From a virus (Duplodnaviria > Caudoviricetes): DNA of 64,000 nt. The stretch is taken from positions 1 through 64,000 of the IMG/VR virus record IMGVR_UViG_3300018428_002563, one strand, 5' to 3'. A model generated the notes under the pieces. The model worked only from the letters and a program-made list of their open reading frames with translations. It did not search any database and had not been told where the DNA came from. Shown here piece by piece: positions 35,483 to 47,100 of this stretch. Made by a program: the position numbers and the translations under genes. The stretch's first letter is position 1; each line of letters opens with the position of its first letter.

Positions 35483-35968
35483 ATGGCATTTTATAGTACT
35501 AAAACATACGGACACAACATCGGTCTTTCAGCGGTGTTCCGTCAACCAAAAGCATTACATTCACATTGTCATTTATTGCATGGCTACAGTCTTGCTTTTA
35601 AATTTGTATTTGGCTGTAGTGATCTAGATGAAAAAAACTGGGCTGTAGACTTTGGAGGACTAAAACCTTTGAAGGCTTGGCTAGAAGATAGTTTTGATCA
35701 TAAAGTTGCTGTAGATGCAGACGACCCTGAACTTGAAACGCTTAAAGCACTAGAAGAAAAAGGACTAGCAGAGCTAAGAATTTTTGACGGTGTAGGTGCA
35801 GAAAAGTTTGCATATCATGCGTGGAAGTTTGCGGATAATCTTGTGCGTGAAATGAGTGACGGACGTTGCTGGTGTGAGAGTGCAGAGTGTGCAGAGCACG
35901 GTGCTAACTCAGCAATTTATACTCCATATCAAACACAAAAGATGTCGTTTGCTGATGGCAAAGATTGA
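35483..35968 (+). CDS. queD: 6-carboxytetrahydropterin/6-pyruvoyl-tetrahydropterin synthase
   Basis: HCHLLHGY, VDFGGLK, FDH, GAEKFA, EHGANSA; ATG 35483 after AGGAG. Confidence 0.85.
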   Translation: MAFYSTKTYGHNIGLSAVFRQPKALHSHCHLLHGYSLAFKFVFGCSDLDEKNWAVDFGGLKPLKAWLEDSFDHKVAVDADDPELETLKALEEKGLAELRIFDGVGAEKFAYHAWKFADNLVREMSDGRCWCESAECAEHGANSAIYTPYQTQKMSFADGKD

Positions 35969-36764
35969 TAAGAGTCAATACACTAAGGAAGAATGGTTAA
36001 AGATTAAGGCCGAACGCAGAGAAGCAAAGGCTAGTAAACTTATTTCTACACTTCCGCAGGATTATTTTGTGTTATGTCTTAAACATGGCACAAAATATTC
36101 TGCAGATTATGTAAACAAATTGTATAATATGGTAAAACGTAATTGTACGTTAGACTATAAGTTTGCATGTCTTACAGACGATCCAATGGGGTTAGATCCT
36201 AACATACAAATACTCAACTTACCAAAAGGCTTACATGGGTGGTGGTGCAAGCCTTATATGTTTTCTAAAGATCTTCCCATTAAAGGAACTATACTGTACT
36301 TAGATTTAGATGTTGTTATAAGCGGTAATATAGATAAGTTATTAACTTGGCAACCTAATCATTGGTGCATTGTAAAAGACTACACTCGAGCTATGCGTCC
36401 TAGTTATCAAAAGTATAACAGTTCGGTTATAAAGTTTAAAACAGGAGAACTGGGGTTTGTTTGGGACAAGTATAAACAAGATCCAGAAAAATATCAAAAA
36501 CTGTTCTTTGGTGATCAAGACTACTTGTATGATGTAACACATAAAGAAAAAGCCGCAATGTTATATCCAGATAGTTGGACACAAAGTTGGAAATGGGAAG
36601 TAAGACAAAGTAGAGATTTTGAACCAGGCGGCGTCAGAGGAAAAAGAACATTTAAGGTAGTGGAAAACTGTGTACCTCGAATAGAATGTTGCGTGTGTGT
36701 TTTCCACGGAGATCCAAATCCAGAACATTGCAAAGATCCATGGGTAGTAGAAAATTGGCGATAA
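35955..36764 (+). CDS. GT-A glycosyltransferase
   Basis: GTKYSADYVNKLYNMV, GWWCK, YLDLDV, NSSV, GDQDY, FHGDPNP. Confidence 0.8.
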   Translation: MAKIDKSQYTKEEWLKIKAERREAKASKLISTLPQDYFVLCLKHGTKYSADYVNKLYNMVKRNCTLDYKFACLTDDPMGLDPNIQILNLPKGLHGWWCKPYMFSKDLPIKGTILYLDLDVVISGNIDKLLTWQPNHWCIVKDYTRAMRPSYQKYNSSVIKFKTGELGFVWDKYKQDPEKYQKLFFGDQDYLYDVTHKEKAAMLYPDSWTQSWKWEVRQSRDFEPGGVRGKRTFKVVENCVPRIECCVCVFHGDPNPEHCKDPWVVENWR

Positions 36765-37459
36765 AATATATATTTGATGTAGACGGAACATTGACTCCTA
36801 GCAGAGGTAGAATGGACTATGACTTTAGAGCATTCTTTAATGCGTTCTCTATGGTCAATGACGTATATCTTGTAACAGGTAGTGATAAACCTAAAACTAT
36901 AGAACAGATTACAGAACCAACTTATAACTTGTGCAAACGTGTTTATCAATGTAACGGTAATGATGTTTGGGAAGGCAAAGTTAATATTAAACACTCCGAA
37001 TGGACATTACCAGAAGATGCACACGAATGGTTGTCGATTGAGCTCACTAGTAGTGCTTTTCCGTTAAGAACTGGGCTACATTTTGAACATAGACACGGAA
37101 TGACAAATTACAGCGTAGTTGGGCGCAATGCTACACTGGGCGAACGCAAATTGTATGTAAAATATGATCTCGAACATAACGAAAGAAATAAAATAGCTGG
37201 AAAGTTTAATTTGCTCTTTCCAGAGTTAGAAGCAAGACCTGGAGGAGAAACAGGTATTGATATTGGACTCAAGGGTAGTGATAAAAGTCAAATACTACAC
37301 GACTTTGATATAAATGATGAATTACACTTTTTTGGTGATAGGATGGATAAAGCAGGAAATGATTATCCTCTTAAAAAACAGATCATTGACAGTGACTTAG
37401 GTATGTGTTATAATGTTAAAGATTATAAAGAAACGTGGCAATTACTAGAAGAAATATAA
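36740..37459 (+). CDS. HAD-IIB phosphomannomutase-like protein
   Basis: FDVDGTLT, LVTGSD, GGETGIDI, FFGDR..GNDY; start uncertain (ATG 36740 or TTG 36755). Confidence 0.82.
   Translation: MGSRKLAIKYIFDVDGTLTPSRGRMDYDFRAFFNAFSMVNDVYLVTGSDKPKTIEQITEPTYNLCKRVYQCNGNDVWEGKVNIKHSEWTLPEDAHEWLSIELTSSAFPLRTGLHFEHRHGMTNYSVVGRNATLGERKLYVKYDLEHNERNKIAGKFNLLFPELEARPGGETGIDIGLKGSDKSQILHDFDINDELHFFGDRMDKAGNDYPLKKQIIDSDLGMCYNVKDYKETWQLLEEI
37386..37414 (+). promoter_or_regulatory. Sigma70-like promoter for uvsE inside the upstream gene
   Basis: TTGACA-17-TATAAT with TG extension. Confidence 0.65.
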
Positions 37460-38568
37460 TGGATTTAAAATTTACAACAGCAGGTGACTTTTTGAAAGCA
37501 CAACAAAAACGCATAGGTTTTGCATGCAAATACATGTATCCTGATCAAACACAGAAGAAGAAATTGCTTGAGGAGATACAGCGACCACTAAATACTCGTA
37601 GCACAACAGTTGCGTGGCTCAATAGGCAAACACGTGATGTTGCTGAAGAACGCTTGTGGGACATTATGGTCCACAACATAGCGTCATACAGAAGGTTGAT
37701 TGAATATGTTGGAAGTCTTCCCCCTCAACTTAGAATGGTCAGATTGGGTAGTGATGTACTTCCTGTTTATACCGAGCCTACTTGGTGTTATTTTTGGCGC
37801 AAGCCGGATGTGGTTGCATACTGTGAAAAAGAATTCGCAAAAGTTGGAGAAACCGCAAGAGCCCTTGACGTCCGACTATCAATGCATCCGGGACAATTTA
37901 CTGTACTTGCCTCGGATAATCCGGAAATTGTTGAGAGGAGCATAGAAGAATTTGAATATCACACCGATGTCTTGCGCTGGATGGGATACGGCCGCACCTT
38001 CCAAGACTTTAAATGCAACGTACACATATCGGGTCGAAAAGGTCCACAAGGCATCATCGACGTCTTACCGAGACTCTCGCCAGAAGCGCGAAACGCAATC
38101 ACAATCGAAAACGACGAAATGTCTTGGGGCATTGACGCAAGCCTCGAACTTGAAAAGCATGTCGCTCTCGTATTGGACATACACCACCACTGGGTTGCTA
38201 GTGGAGAATACATATCGCCCACCGACGATAGATTTTTACGTATAGTTGACAGTTGGCGTGGAGTAAGACCTGTTATTCATTACTCAGTTTCACGCGAAGA
38301 TCTACTAGTAGACCATGATGATAACTCTTTACCTAATATGGATTCGCTATTAGAGCAAGGCTTTAAGAAGCAAAAACTTAGAGCACATTCTGACTTTATG
38401 TGGAATAATGCTGTTAACGACTGGGCATTAGAATTTTTAGATTACGCAGACATTATGGTCGAGTCTAAGTCTAAGAATCTTGCTAGTATTGACCTATACA
38501 AATATGGTCTAGCAACAGAAGATTATAACTCAATGGCAAAAGACTTCGCAGGAAAAATATATGCATAA
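37459..38568 (+). CDS. uvsE: UV damage endonuclease UvsE/UVDE
   Basis: RIGFAC, RLSMHPGQF, IENDE, LVLDIHHHW, HYS, AHSD, MVESK. Confidence 0.93.
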   Translation: MDLKFTTAGDFLKAQQKRIGFACKYMYPDQTQKKKLLEEIQRPLNTRSTTVAWLNRQTRDVAEERLWDIMVHNIASYRRLIEYVGSLPPQLRMVRLGSDVLPVYTEPTWCYFWRKPDVVAYCEKEFAKVGETARALDVRLSMHPGQFTVLASDNPEIVERSIEEFEYHTDVLRWMGYGRTFQDFKCNVHISGRKGPQGIIDVLPRLSPEARNAITIENDEMSWGIDASLELEKHVALVLDIHHHWVASGEYISPTDDRFLRIVDSWRGVRPVIHYSVSREDLLVDHDDNSLPNMDSLLEQGFKKQKLRAHSDFMWNNAVNDWALEFLDYADIMVESKSKNLASIDLYKYGLATEDYNSMAKDFAGKIYA

Positions 38569-38576
38569 ATAGTTTT

Positions 38577-39290
38577 ATGCATGAACAAATATATAATTTT
38601 TTCCAAGATCTAAGTACAACTTACAATCCAGAAACAATTTTTGCAGAATATGCAAAAGGTGAGCCTACTCCATTTTATATGATAGACAACTTTTTGCCAC
38701 CATGGTTGTACAATACTATTATAAATTCATTTGAAGATATCCCGGAAGAACGCTATAAAATTTTTGCTAATCAGTATAGCGAACGAAGAGAATGTAGAAA
38801 CTTTGCTGAGGCGCCTTTACTACAAACCCTTGCAAATAGTTTTAACAGTAAATTGTTTGTAGATTGGTTAGAAGTTTGTACTGGTACAGAATCTCTTGTT
38901 CCAGATCCTCACTTCTTAGGCGGTGGGTTTTGTAGAAGTAGCAGAAATACATCATTAGGATTACATACAGACTTTAATTGGAATAACGGTCTTAAATTAA
39001 ATAGACAAAAGAATGCCATACTCTATCTTAACAAAGATTGGAAAGAAGAGTGGAATGGACATTTAGAATTTTGGAACAATGAAAGAACAGAATGTGTTAA
39101 AAAAATTGCACCAAAGCCTAATAGATTAATTTTTTGGGACTATGGTTATGATTTAGTTCATGGGCATCCCGAACCTATAGAATGTCCAAAAACAATAACT
39201 AGAGATAGTTTAATACTATTCTACTATACTTCAAATGCAACATATGAGCATGATCCAAGACGTTCACAATTCTATGAGCAAGCAGAGTAA
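38577..39290 (+). CDS. 2OG-Fe(II) oxygenase (prolyl-hydroxylase-like)
   Basis: PDP..GGG, LHTDFN, ILYLN..W..EWNGHLEFW, HGHP, R.S..FYY. Confidence 0.85.
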   Translation: MHEQIYNFFQDLSTTYNPETIFAEYAKGEPTPFYMIDNFLPPWLYNTIINSFEDIPEERYKIFANQYSERRECRNFAEAPLLQTLANSFNSKLFVDWLEVCTGTESLVPDPHFLGGGFCRSSRNTSLGLHTDFNWNNGLKLNRQKNAILYLNKDWKEEWNGHLEFWNNERTECVKKIAPKPNRLIFWDYGYDLVHGHPEPIECPKTITRDSLILFYYTSNATYEHDPRRSQFYEQAE

Positions 39291-39310
39291 ATACAGTACG
39301 GAGATAAACA

Positions 39311-39604
39311 ATGAGCTATTTAAACAAAATGTACGGAAGAAATCCGGCCCAGACCCAATCATCATCTAGCGAATCTACAAAAAATCCTAATCGTGTAACG
39401 GGCGGGTTAAAAGCCCAAGGTGTAGATACTATGGTGTTGCTGGGAGAAGATGGCTCAACTCAAGAACTTCCTACTTTACAGTATGTTCGTAGTTTGGAAG
39501 AACAGTCAAGAAAACAGCGAGCCGCTATCACTGTATTAGAGCGTAAGCTGGCTCGCTGTGAGTCTGCTATCGAAAGACTAAGTGTTAGAAATATTACTTC
39601 TTAG
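39311..39604 (+). CDS. Hypothetical coiled-coil protein
   Basis: GGAG RBS; GGLKAQG; C-terminal heptads. Confidence 0.65.
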   Translation: MSYLNKMYGRNPAQTQSSSSESTKNPNRVTGGLKAQGVDTMVLLGEDGSTQELPTLQYVRSLEEQSRKQRAAITVLERKLARCESAIERLSVRNITS

Positions 39605-39836
39605 AAAGTTTAAATACTTCGTCAACTAGGTCTGCTTTTTTCTTTCTTCTATCAATATCGACTTTATAATTTTCTTTTGCAAATGCTTCAAGTTTTTCTT
39701 TAGTCATTTTTGCTAAGTCTGCTTTTTTGACAGTAGTCTTTTTAGCTTCTGCTTTCTTTGGTGCAGGCGCAGGAGCAGGCTTTGCTACTGGCTCTGGCTG
39801 TGCAGATGAAAAAAGATTGCGTAACCAATTAAACAT
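39594..39836 (-). CDS. Small Lys/Ala/Pro-rich protein with HeH-like tail
   Basis: LAKMTKEKLEAFAKE..IDRRKKKADLV; GGAG RBS on the minus strand. Confidence 0.65.
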   Translation of the reverse strand: MFNWLRNLFSSAQPEPVAKPAPAPAPKKAEAKKTTVKKADLAKMTKEKLEAFAKENYKVDIDRRKKKADLVDEVFKLSKK

Positions 39837-39902
39837 AATTATTCTCCATAATAAAATATTTGCTTGTATATTTACATAAATACTCTATATAGGAGACTAA
39901 TT

Positions 39903-40058
39903 ATGGTAGAAAGTTTAAAACTAAAAAAGATTGACGGACTTAGAATAGATAAGAAACCTTTTCAACCTATTAAACTAAAGCCCGAGCAAAAACTACCTGA
40001 AGAAAAAAGGTCGATGAAAACAACTGAAAATACTAGACCAGGAGGATATAAGTTCTAA
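39903..40058 (+). CDS. Small basic hypothetical protein
   Basis: ATG 39903 after AGGAG; ATAAATA at 39876. Confidence 0.5.
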   Translation: MVESLKLKKIDGLRIDKKPFQPIKLKPEQKLPEEKRSMKTTENTRPGGYKF

Positions 40059-40222
40059 TGAAAAAATGGATTATAGACAGACTAGGCGAAAGAACTTCGC
40101 TTGATGGCGCTGTACTTATTGGTGCAGGTGTAGCATTTCTTATCTTCAAACCAATTGCTAGTTTAGTTGCATACGGTGCTATTGCATACGGTGCATGGAC
40201 TATCTACAAAAAAGAAGATTAA
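40058..40222 (+). CDS. Small two-TM holin-like protein (54 aa, not in ORF track)
   Basis: MKKWIIDRLGERTSLDGAVLIGAGVAFLIFKPIASLVAYGAIAYGAWTIYKKED; GGAGG RBS; TAATG coupling. Confidence 0.6.
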   Translation: MKKWIIDRLGERTSLDGAVLIGAGVAFLIFKPIASLVAYGAIAYGAWTIYKKED

Positions 40223-40225
40223 TAA

Positions 40226-40477
40226 ATGTCTAGAGAGTATATATTGACTGTTGAAACATCTGAAAATACAAGAGAAGTATCTGAAGGTGTTACTAAAGAA
40301 CTGTATAATGTTACTATTACTAAAGTAGAAACAGGACAAACTATCTCAATAGTTGATGTTGTAAGCACTTATGATAGAGATGACTGGTGCCAAACTGTAT
40401 TTGAACATGCAAAAGAAGGATTAGATCACGAAGACGGTCCTAGTTGTTGCTATGTTAATGCAAGTTACGTAGACTAA
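40226..40477 (+). CDS. Hypothetical protein
   Basis: ORF in operon packing. Confidence 0.55.
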   Translation: MSREYILTVETSENTREVSEGVTKELYNVTITKVETGQTISIVDVVSTYDRDDWCQTVFEHAKEGLDHEDGPSCCYVNASYVD

Positions 40478-40761
40478 AGTTTACTAATAGGGAGATCAGA
40501 ACTAGCAGAAAATTTCCATTTCTGTTTTTGTTCTACTCCCTTTTTTTGTGCAAATTTTTTGCTATCACAATCATTACACACATGAAAATAATTGTTGCTT
40601 AACCGCTTGGCATCCATCTTGCCTCTAGGTCTTTCAAACTCGTTATCACAGTTATCACATCTTAGTAACACGTAGGTCTTTTTGCGTGTGTAAGGGTGCG
40701 TACGACCTAATTTTGACGTTCTCACATGTCTTGTTTGTACAACAAATTCTTTTATGAACAT
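40474..40761 (-). CDS. Basic Zn-ribbon protein
   Basis: CDNC...HVCNDC; ATG 5 nt after ATAAATA on the minus strand. Confidence 0.65.
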   Translation of the reverse strand: MFIKEFVVQTRHVRTSKLGRTHPYTRKKTYVLLRCDNCDNEFERPRGKMDAKRLSNNYFHVCNDCDSKKFAQKKGVEQKQKWKFSASSDLPISKL

Positions 40762-40821
40762 AATTATATTTATTACATTAGGATTATAAAACTTATCGAT
40801 AAATATATTAAAGGAGTACAG

Positions 40822-41196
40822 ATGTTTGTATTAAATCTTACTAAATCAGCCAAAGAAAAAATAGATGAACTATGCAATGTAGAGCCAAAACACTTTGCCG
40901 TGCATTTAGGACTGAAAGGAGGCGGTTGTGCAGGATTTGAATACGAGTGGAGCATGGTCAATAAGGAAGACGTAGGTGTAAATGACGAAATAATACCTAC
41001 AAATAATGGAAATCTAGTAGTAGATGCAACTAGTTTAATGTATCTATTTGGAAGTGAAGTAGATTATTCTAAAGATGTATTCCAGACCCAATTTGTTATT
41101 AATAATCCTAACGCTCAAAGTAGTTGCGGATGCGGCGTAAGCGTTAATTTTAATGATAACATAGAAGACAATATACAAATTTTGGAGCTAAAATAA
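40822..41196 (+). CDS. HesB/IscA A-type Fe-S carrier protein
   Basis: GGGCAGFEY and NPNAQSSCGCGVS; AAGGAG RBS. Confidence 0.92.
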   Translation: MFVLNLTKSAKEKIDELCNVEPKHFAVHLGLKGGGCAGFEYEWSMVNKEDVGVNDEIIPTNNGNLVVDATSLMYLFGSEVDYSKDVFQTQFVINNPNAQSSCGCGVSVNFNDNIEDNIQILELK

Positions 41197-41197
41197 A

Positions 41198-44100
41198 ATG
41201 GCAAGACAAGAAGTAGACATCGGCATTGAAGGTAATGACGGAACCGGTGATAGTATTAGAGAATCGTTTCGTAAGGTAAACGAAAACTTTCAAGAGATAT
41301 ATGCTGTAGTAGGTAAAGGTGGACAAATAACCTTTACATTGCTTGCTGACACACCAGACAGTTTAAATCCATTTAAAGGTGACGGCGTTGATGCTTACTT
41401 GCCAATAGTATCACAAGACGGCACAGAAATTGAAATTAGAAAACTAGGCTCTGACAGCGACGAGAATCCCGCCAATGTAGACACTATTGATGTAAGTGTT
41501 GCTACTAACGGCAAAATTATTCTAAAATTAAATAGTATAACATTACAATCAGATGCTAAACCAGTATTAGGTGGTCCATTAAATGCCGCCGGCGTTGCTA
41601 TAGCAAATGTAGGAACTGAACTAGATGACGTAACTGGATTTAACAATACTCATGGTACATCTTTTTCTATCGATGATATAGTTATTGACAAGAAGTTTGC
41701 TGACAAAAACTACATCCGTAGACAAGATCCAGGAGAAACAATTAACGTACCAGCAGAGCCTGCTGACGGATCAAGTTATACAAAAGTCTTTACAGTAAGT
41801 TTATCATCTGCGGTTGGTGTTGGGACAGCACTTATACCACAACACGGATTGACAAGAGGTTCTGATGGTGCAGCATACATTTTTAATACTTCAGGTACAG
41901 GATTAAATTGGAGTAGAATTGATCCAGCAACTGACACCCTAGTTTCTAGCACAGACTTGGACGACAACAATCAACTAATTTATGGTCCTTTAGAAAATGG
42001 CGATGTAGTATATCTTGGTATTTTGGACGAAAATAATATTGGATTTTTTGCTAATCCAGAAGATGCACTACTAAATGACTCTGTAGAAAGAAATAGAAGA
42101 AGATACAAATTAACAACAACTGATTCGGCAGGTTTGAGTATTACAGACGGCGGCTTCAACGAAGACCTAGAAGGATTTTTCTTAAGCCATCAGGTAATGC
42201 CACGTGATAGCATTGTAAGAAGACAAGGCGATACTATGGAGGGTCCGCTTACACTCCATGACCATCCAGGTGATTTAGCAGGAGCAGGAACTCCAAATGG
42301 TATTGCAGACTTACAGGCTGTATCAAAGTTATATGTAGATAGCCAATCAACAGAATCAAGTGCAAATATATTTGTTAGTGTTGTAGGTAATGATGCACAA
42401 AATGTTGCTCCTCCAGGTAAGGAAGGTAGTTCACTAGCATATGCGTATAGAACAATAGGCGCAGCAGCACGTAAGGCAGAGCAGATACAAATTGCTTCAC
42501 CATTTGAACCTGGTCCTTATATGCAGGACATATTTACATCACGAGTAATAAACGAAGGCGATCCCGCTGTTGTAGAACTTTCACAAGTTACACAACGAGG
42601 CTATGCAACAGGTGCAGGTCTTGATAGTAGAGGTAACACTAAGTCACTTGTTGATGCTAACAAAAACTTTATTATTGCTGAAGTTATAGCATGGAAAAAT
42701 GAACAAATAGAAAATAAAGCTACAACTACTGTTGGAACAACTACAGTCAACTGGACAGATAGAGTTGTAAATGATAGAGCTCTTGAACTTGATTTGAGCA
42801 TAGCATTGGATGCAGCACTGTTAGATCACGTAGCAGGTACACTTGCATCAGCACTATCTACAAGGGTTGGTGTAGAGTTTTATAATGACGAATATGGTAG
42901 GTCACAAAATGGTCTACTAAAAACTGTTTATGCACATTTATTAGAGCAAGCAAGGACTATTACAGCAAGTATTATTACAAATACACCTGTAACTCCTTCG
43001 CAAACAATTTACACACAAGAATTGATTACATTTGGTTCTAACCAGCCAGACAGCGATGACGCAGCTTCAGTAACTGGCATATCAGGTAATATGGCAATAC
43101 AAAGAGATATTGTTTTGAATGGTGTGTTCTCTGCAGAGACTCCGCAGACCGGTAACAGATACGAACTATTTTTTAGTAACAGTGTTAACGGAATAAGCCA
43201 AGGTAAAGTTGACCAAGGCGATCCACAAAACAGAGATCTACGAGTAGGTAAAGTTATTAGAGGTAAGACATCTGGGGCTATTGGTAAAATTATTAGATAT
43301 TTTACAGGCGATGATAACATTAACAATCCAGGATCTACTGACGATTTAGCAGAACTAGAATTGCTTACACCAGTAGAATTCACAATAGGTGAAAAACTGG
43401 AAATGGGCAACATTGTTAACAATAGACAAATCACTATTAGAATAGAAACAGGACAGTATTTTGAAGACTATCCAATTAGAGTTCCTGCAAACGTATCACT
43501 AGTTGGTGATGAATTTAGACGAGTTATTATTCGTCCAAAAGATGAAGTTTCTCAATCACCATGGTCTGGAACATATTTTTATAGAGATAAAGAATTTGAC
43601 GGCTTAACAGGTGACAGTGATAGTGTCACAGGTGTAGCAGATCCTAACTTACCAGTAGACGGTGAAGCATATATTAATCCGCTTACAGGAGAAACAGATG
43701 GATATTTTGGTAGACATTATCTATACAACCCCAATTTACCAAAAAACGTAGACAATGGCGGCAACCTTGCTATTACAAATCCAGGACAGTATGTAGATGC
43801 AGCTGTTTTAATTGAAAAGAACAAAGAATTTGTAATTGCAGAAGTTATTGCATTCCTTGATTTTTCAAAAGATCAAAGTAACCAAGGACAACCAGGATAT
43901 ACAGGATATGCAGGTGTTGTATGGGACGATCAGGCTAGAGACAGATATAGAAGAACAATAGGAAGTTTATGTGACGCTATTGCTGCTGATTTAAGAGCAG
44001 GTGGTAGCATTAATACATTACATATCCAAGGTAGTATTTTCTTCGATGGGTTAAATTATACAAATGAGGCAACCCCAAGATACCAAAGTATTATATCAGC

Positions 44101-47100
44101 GGCTGATGTTATACAAAATGTAATTATAAACAATGCTTACAATAACATACTTTATGCAGCTTTTAAAGGTTCAGATCATCCAACTCAATACATCAATACA
44201 AACTTGACAGGTGGTGCAGATGTCGCTGGCAATGGTAACTTAGTGTATGATATTGTTGAATTGATTAAATGGGGTAACGACGAAAGTCCAAACAATGACT
44301 GGAACCCAGCAAAACGATCAACAGCACTAGATGCTTTCTTAATGAATGATGCTACTATCCTACGTAATATGACTGTTCAAGGTCATGGCGGATTTATGTG
44401 TGTGCTAGATCCAGAAGGACAAATTCTTACTAAATCACCATATATTCAAACAGGGTCAAGTTTCTCGCAATCACTTAATAGACAAGCATTTAGAGGCGGG
44501 ATGCTAGTTGATGCGTTCTGTGCTAACACTCCAGTTAAAGTTACAAGTGTTGAAGCTAACGGATTTGAGCTATTAGTTACAGCAGACCCAGGAAGCGGTT
44601 TGTCTATTAGAAAGCCGCAAACACCTTGCCCATTTTATATTAATGGTATTAGATATCAGGTAAACGATGTTACTGATTACAATGACGGTGGTGCATTACT
44701 TGCTCCAACAGCAAGATTAATACTTGACTCAACTTCTGGACCAGTAAGTGACGCAAACCCAGATATTAACATAGGTTGGGATGAAGTTGAACTACCTATA
44801 CCAGGCGGCGGCTATGCTATAACACTTCAAACAGCGGGTAACAGATCTCAGCTAGGTAACGACTTTACACAAGTTAACGACTTAGGTTATGGGCTTGTTA
44901 CTATTAACGGCGGATTGAGTGAAATGGTTAGTATGTTTACATACTACTGTCATACAGCATACTATGCAGGTAATGGTGGACAAATTAGATCATTAAACGG
45001 TTCTAACGCAAATGGTGTATATGGACTTGTTTCACAAGGTAGTGACCCTAACGAAGTACCAGACAATGTTGTTCTTAAGAATGACATGGTACAGTCAGCA
45101 AAAACATTTAGTGCTGTTACAGTTCTTGAACTTACAGCAAATTTAAGTGTAACGGCAGGCGATGCTATTGCTAATGCTGGTTCTACACCAAGTGCAAGCG
45201 GCGAATCAGTTTTTGCAACAGTAGGCAAGAAACTATATCTTGATACTACATCAGGAAGTTTTACACCTGGCGATAGTATCTTTGTAAATGGTGTAGACTC
45301 GGGTGTTGATATTGCTCTTAATGGAGTAGATACAACTGGTTACACTAACGTAGCAACACAACTTAGTATGCACGTATACGATTTAGAACATATTCCTACT
45401 AATAAAGGTGAAATAGATTATTACCATGATGATGATCCTGTATCACCTTTAAATAGAATAGGACGTTATGAGCTTGCAAACATTCAAACAATGAATGGTA
45501 TTTTAGTTGACGGTTATACATTAGACAACACAGAGTATGTTTTTAATCCTGTAGCAAGAACAACAAATGTAAATGGAGTAGTAGGTAATGATGAAAGCGA
45601 TCCTGTTACAGAAACTACAGAAGCTGTTATAGTTATATCTAAATCTCAACAAACTGTAAACGGACAATCAGGAATTTATAAAGTTAATATATTTGGTACA
45701 GAACGTGGAGATCACTACAAGATTGGTGACACGTTTACAATATCAGGAACGCAACTAGGTGGTGTAAGTCCTACACATGATGCAACAGTAACAGTAACAG
45801 AAATTAACCGTAGCACAGTAAACATTGATAACGGTATCCAAACAGGAAGCATTAGACGTATGTCAATTAGTGGTGCTATTAATATTATTCCTAACTTTAC
45901 ACCTCAGCGAGATGGACAAGTTTATAAACTTAACTTTAGTACATCAAATGACCAGTTCGATAACGATGGATTATTCCAGGATATTCCAGTTAACCAACCT
46001 GTCGATATTAGGCAAAACCAAACACACTTATTTAGAGATATCGAAAGTGTAGGTAGTTTAACAATTAGACCTAGTACGGCTGTAAACTTCGACGATGATC
46101 CATTAGATACTTATAGATCAATTAGTTTTGGAGTAAACGATAGTGCAGGTGGATTACTTTTAGATGACGAATCTTTAACAGGCTTTGACGCAACATATGA
46201 TTTTGTACAACTTTTAATTAACGATAGTTATAAAAACTTAGCAGGGTCTACATTGTCAGTTCCATCTAGTTCAACAACTCTAGGCGGAACACAAGGCGAC
46301 ACTACTATTGCGATTGAACGACTTTCAGAATTAAAAGATATATTTAAATTAAATAACAACTTTGATACAGATGCACAATTCCAAACTATTCCGGCAGACG
46401 ACACTGGTAGAGACTATACTATAACATATGAATTACCCAAAGTTATTTCTTGGCGTGGTAAAAAACATATTGTTTATAACTATAGAGAAGTAAAAGTTGA
46501 AAGTGGTAATCACAACATAAAAACAACTTTCTCAGAAGAAAACACCTATGCGGTAGTTGACTTAAAAGAAATTGAAGAAGTTAAACTTACTCTAAATGAC
46601 TATGGCTCTTGGGAAAGAGATGTTTTCTACAATCTAGCACAAAGATCTGTTCTTGTTAGACAAGTTGGTAATACTTCAGCAAGCGGTAAAGTTAAAGTAG
46701 CACAATTCAATGAAAATGTATTAGACTTATATGACTGGTCAGGCGTAAACTTTAATACAACTGGTGCATTAGAAATCAGTATTGACAATGGCGCAACTTA
46801 TACAACTATGACTGACCTGGCTACAAATTCTGTAAATCTTGTTCCAACACTAGTTGAAATTAGAGACACAAACGTTACAGGTGTAGCATCGGGTATTTCA
46901 CAACCACTTAGCCAAGGCTTTAATAGTGTAATTGCTCTTAGAGCAGGATTACAAGACGGTGCTCCAGCAAAAATTACTATACAAATTAGTACATGTAGAG
47001 CTACAGGACACGACTTCCTAGACATAGGTACAGGTTCATTTAACCAAACAAACTATCCAAATGTTATTTTAGGTTTCCCAGCAAGAGAAGCTGTACAAGA

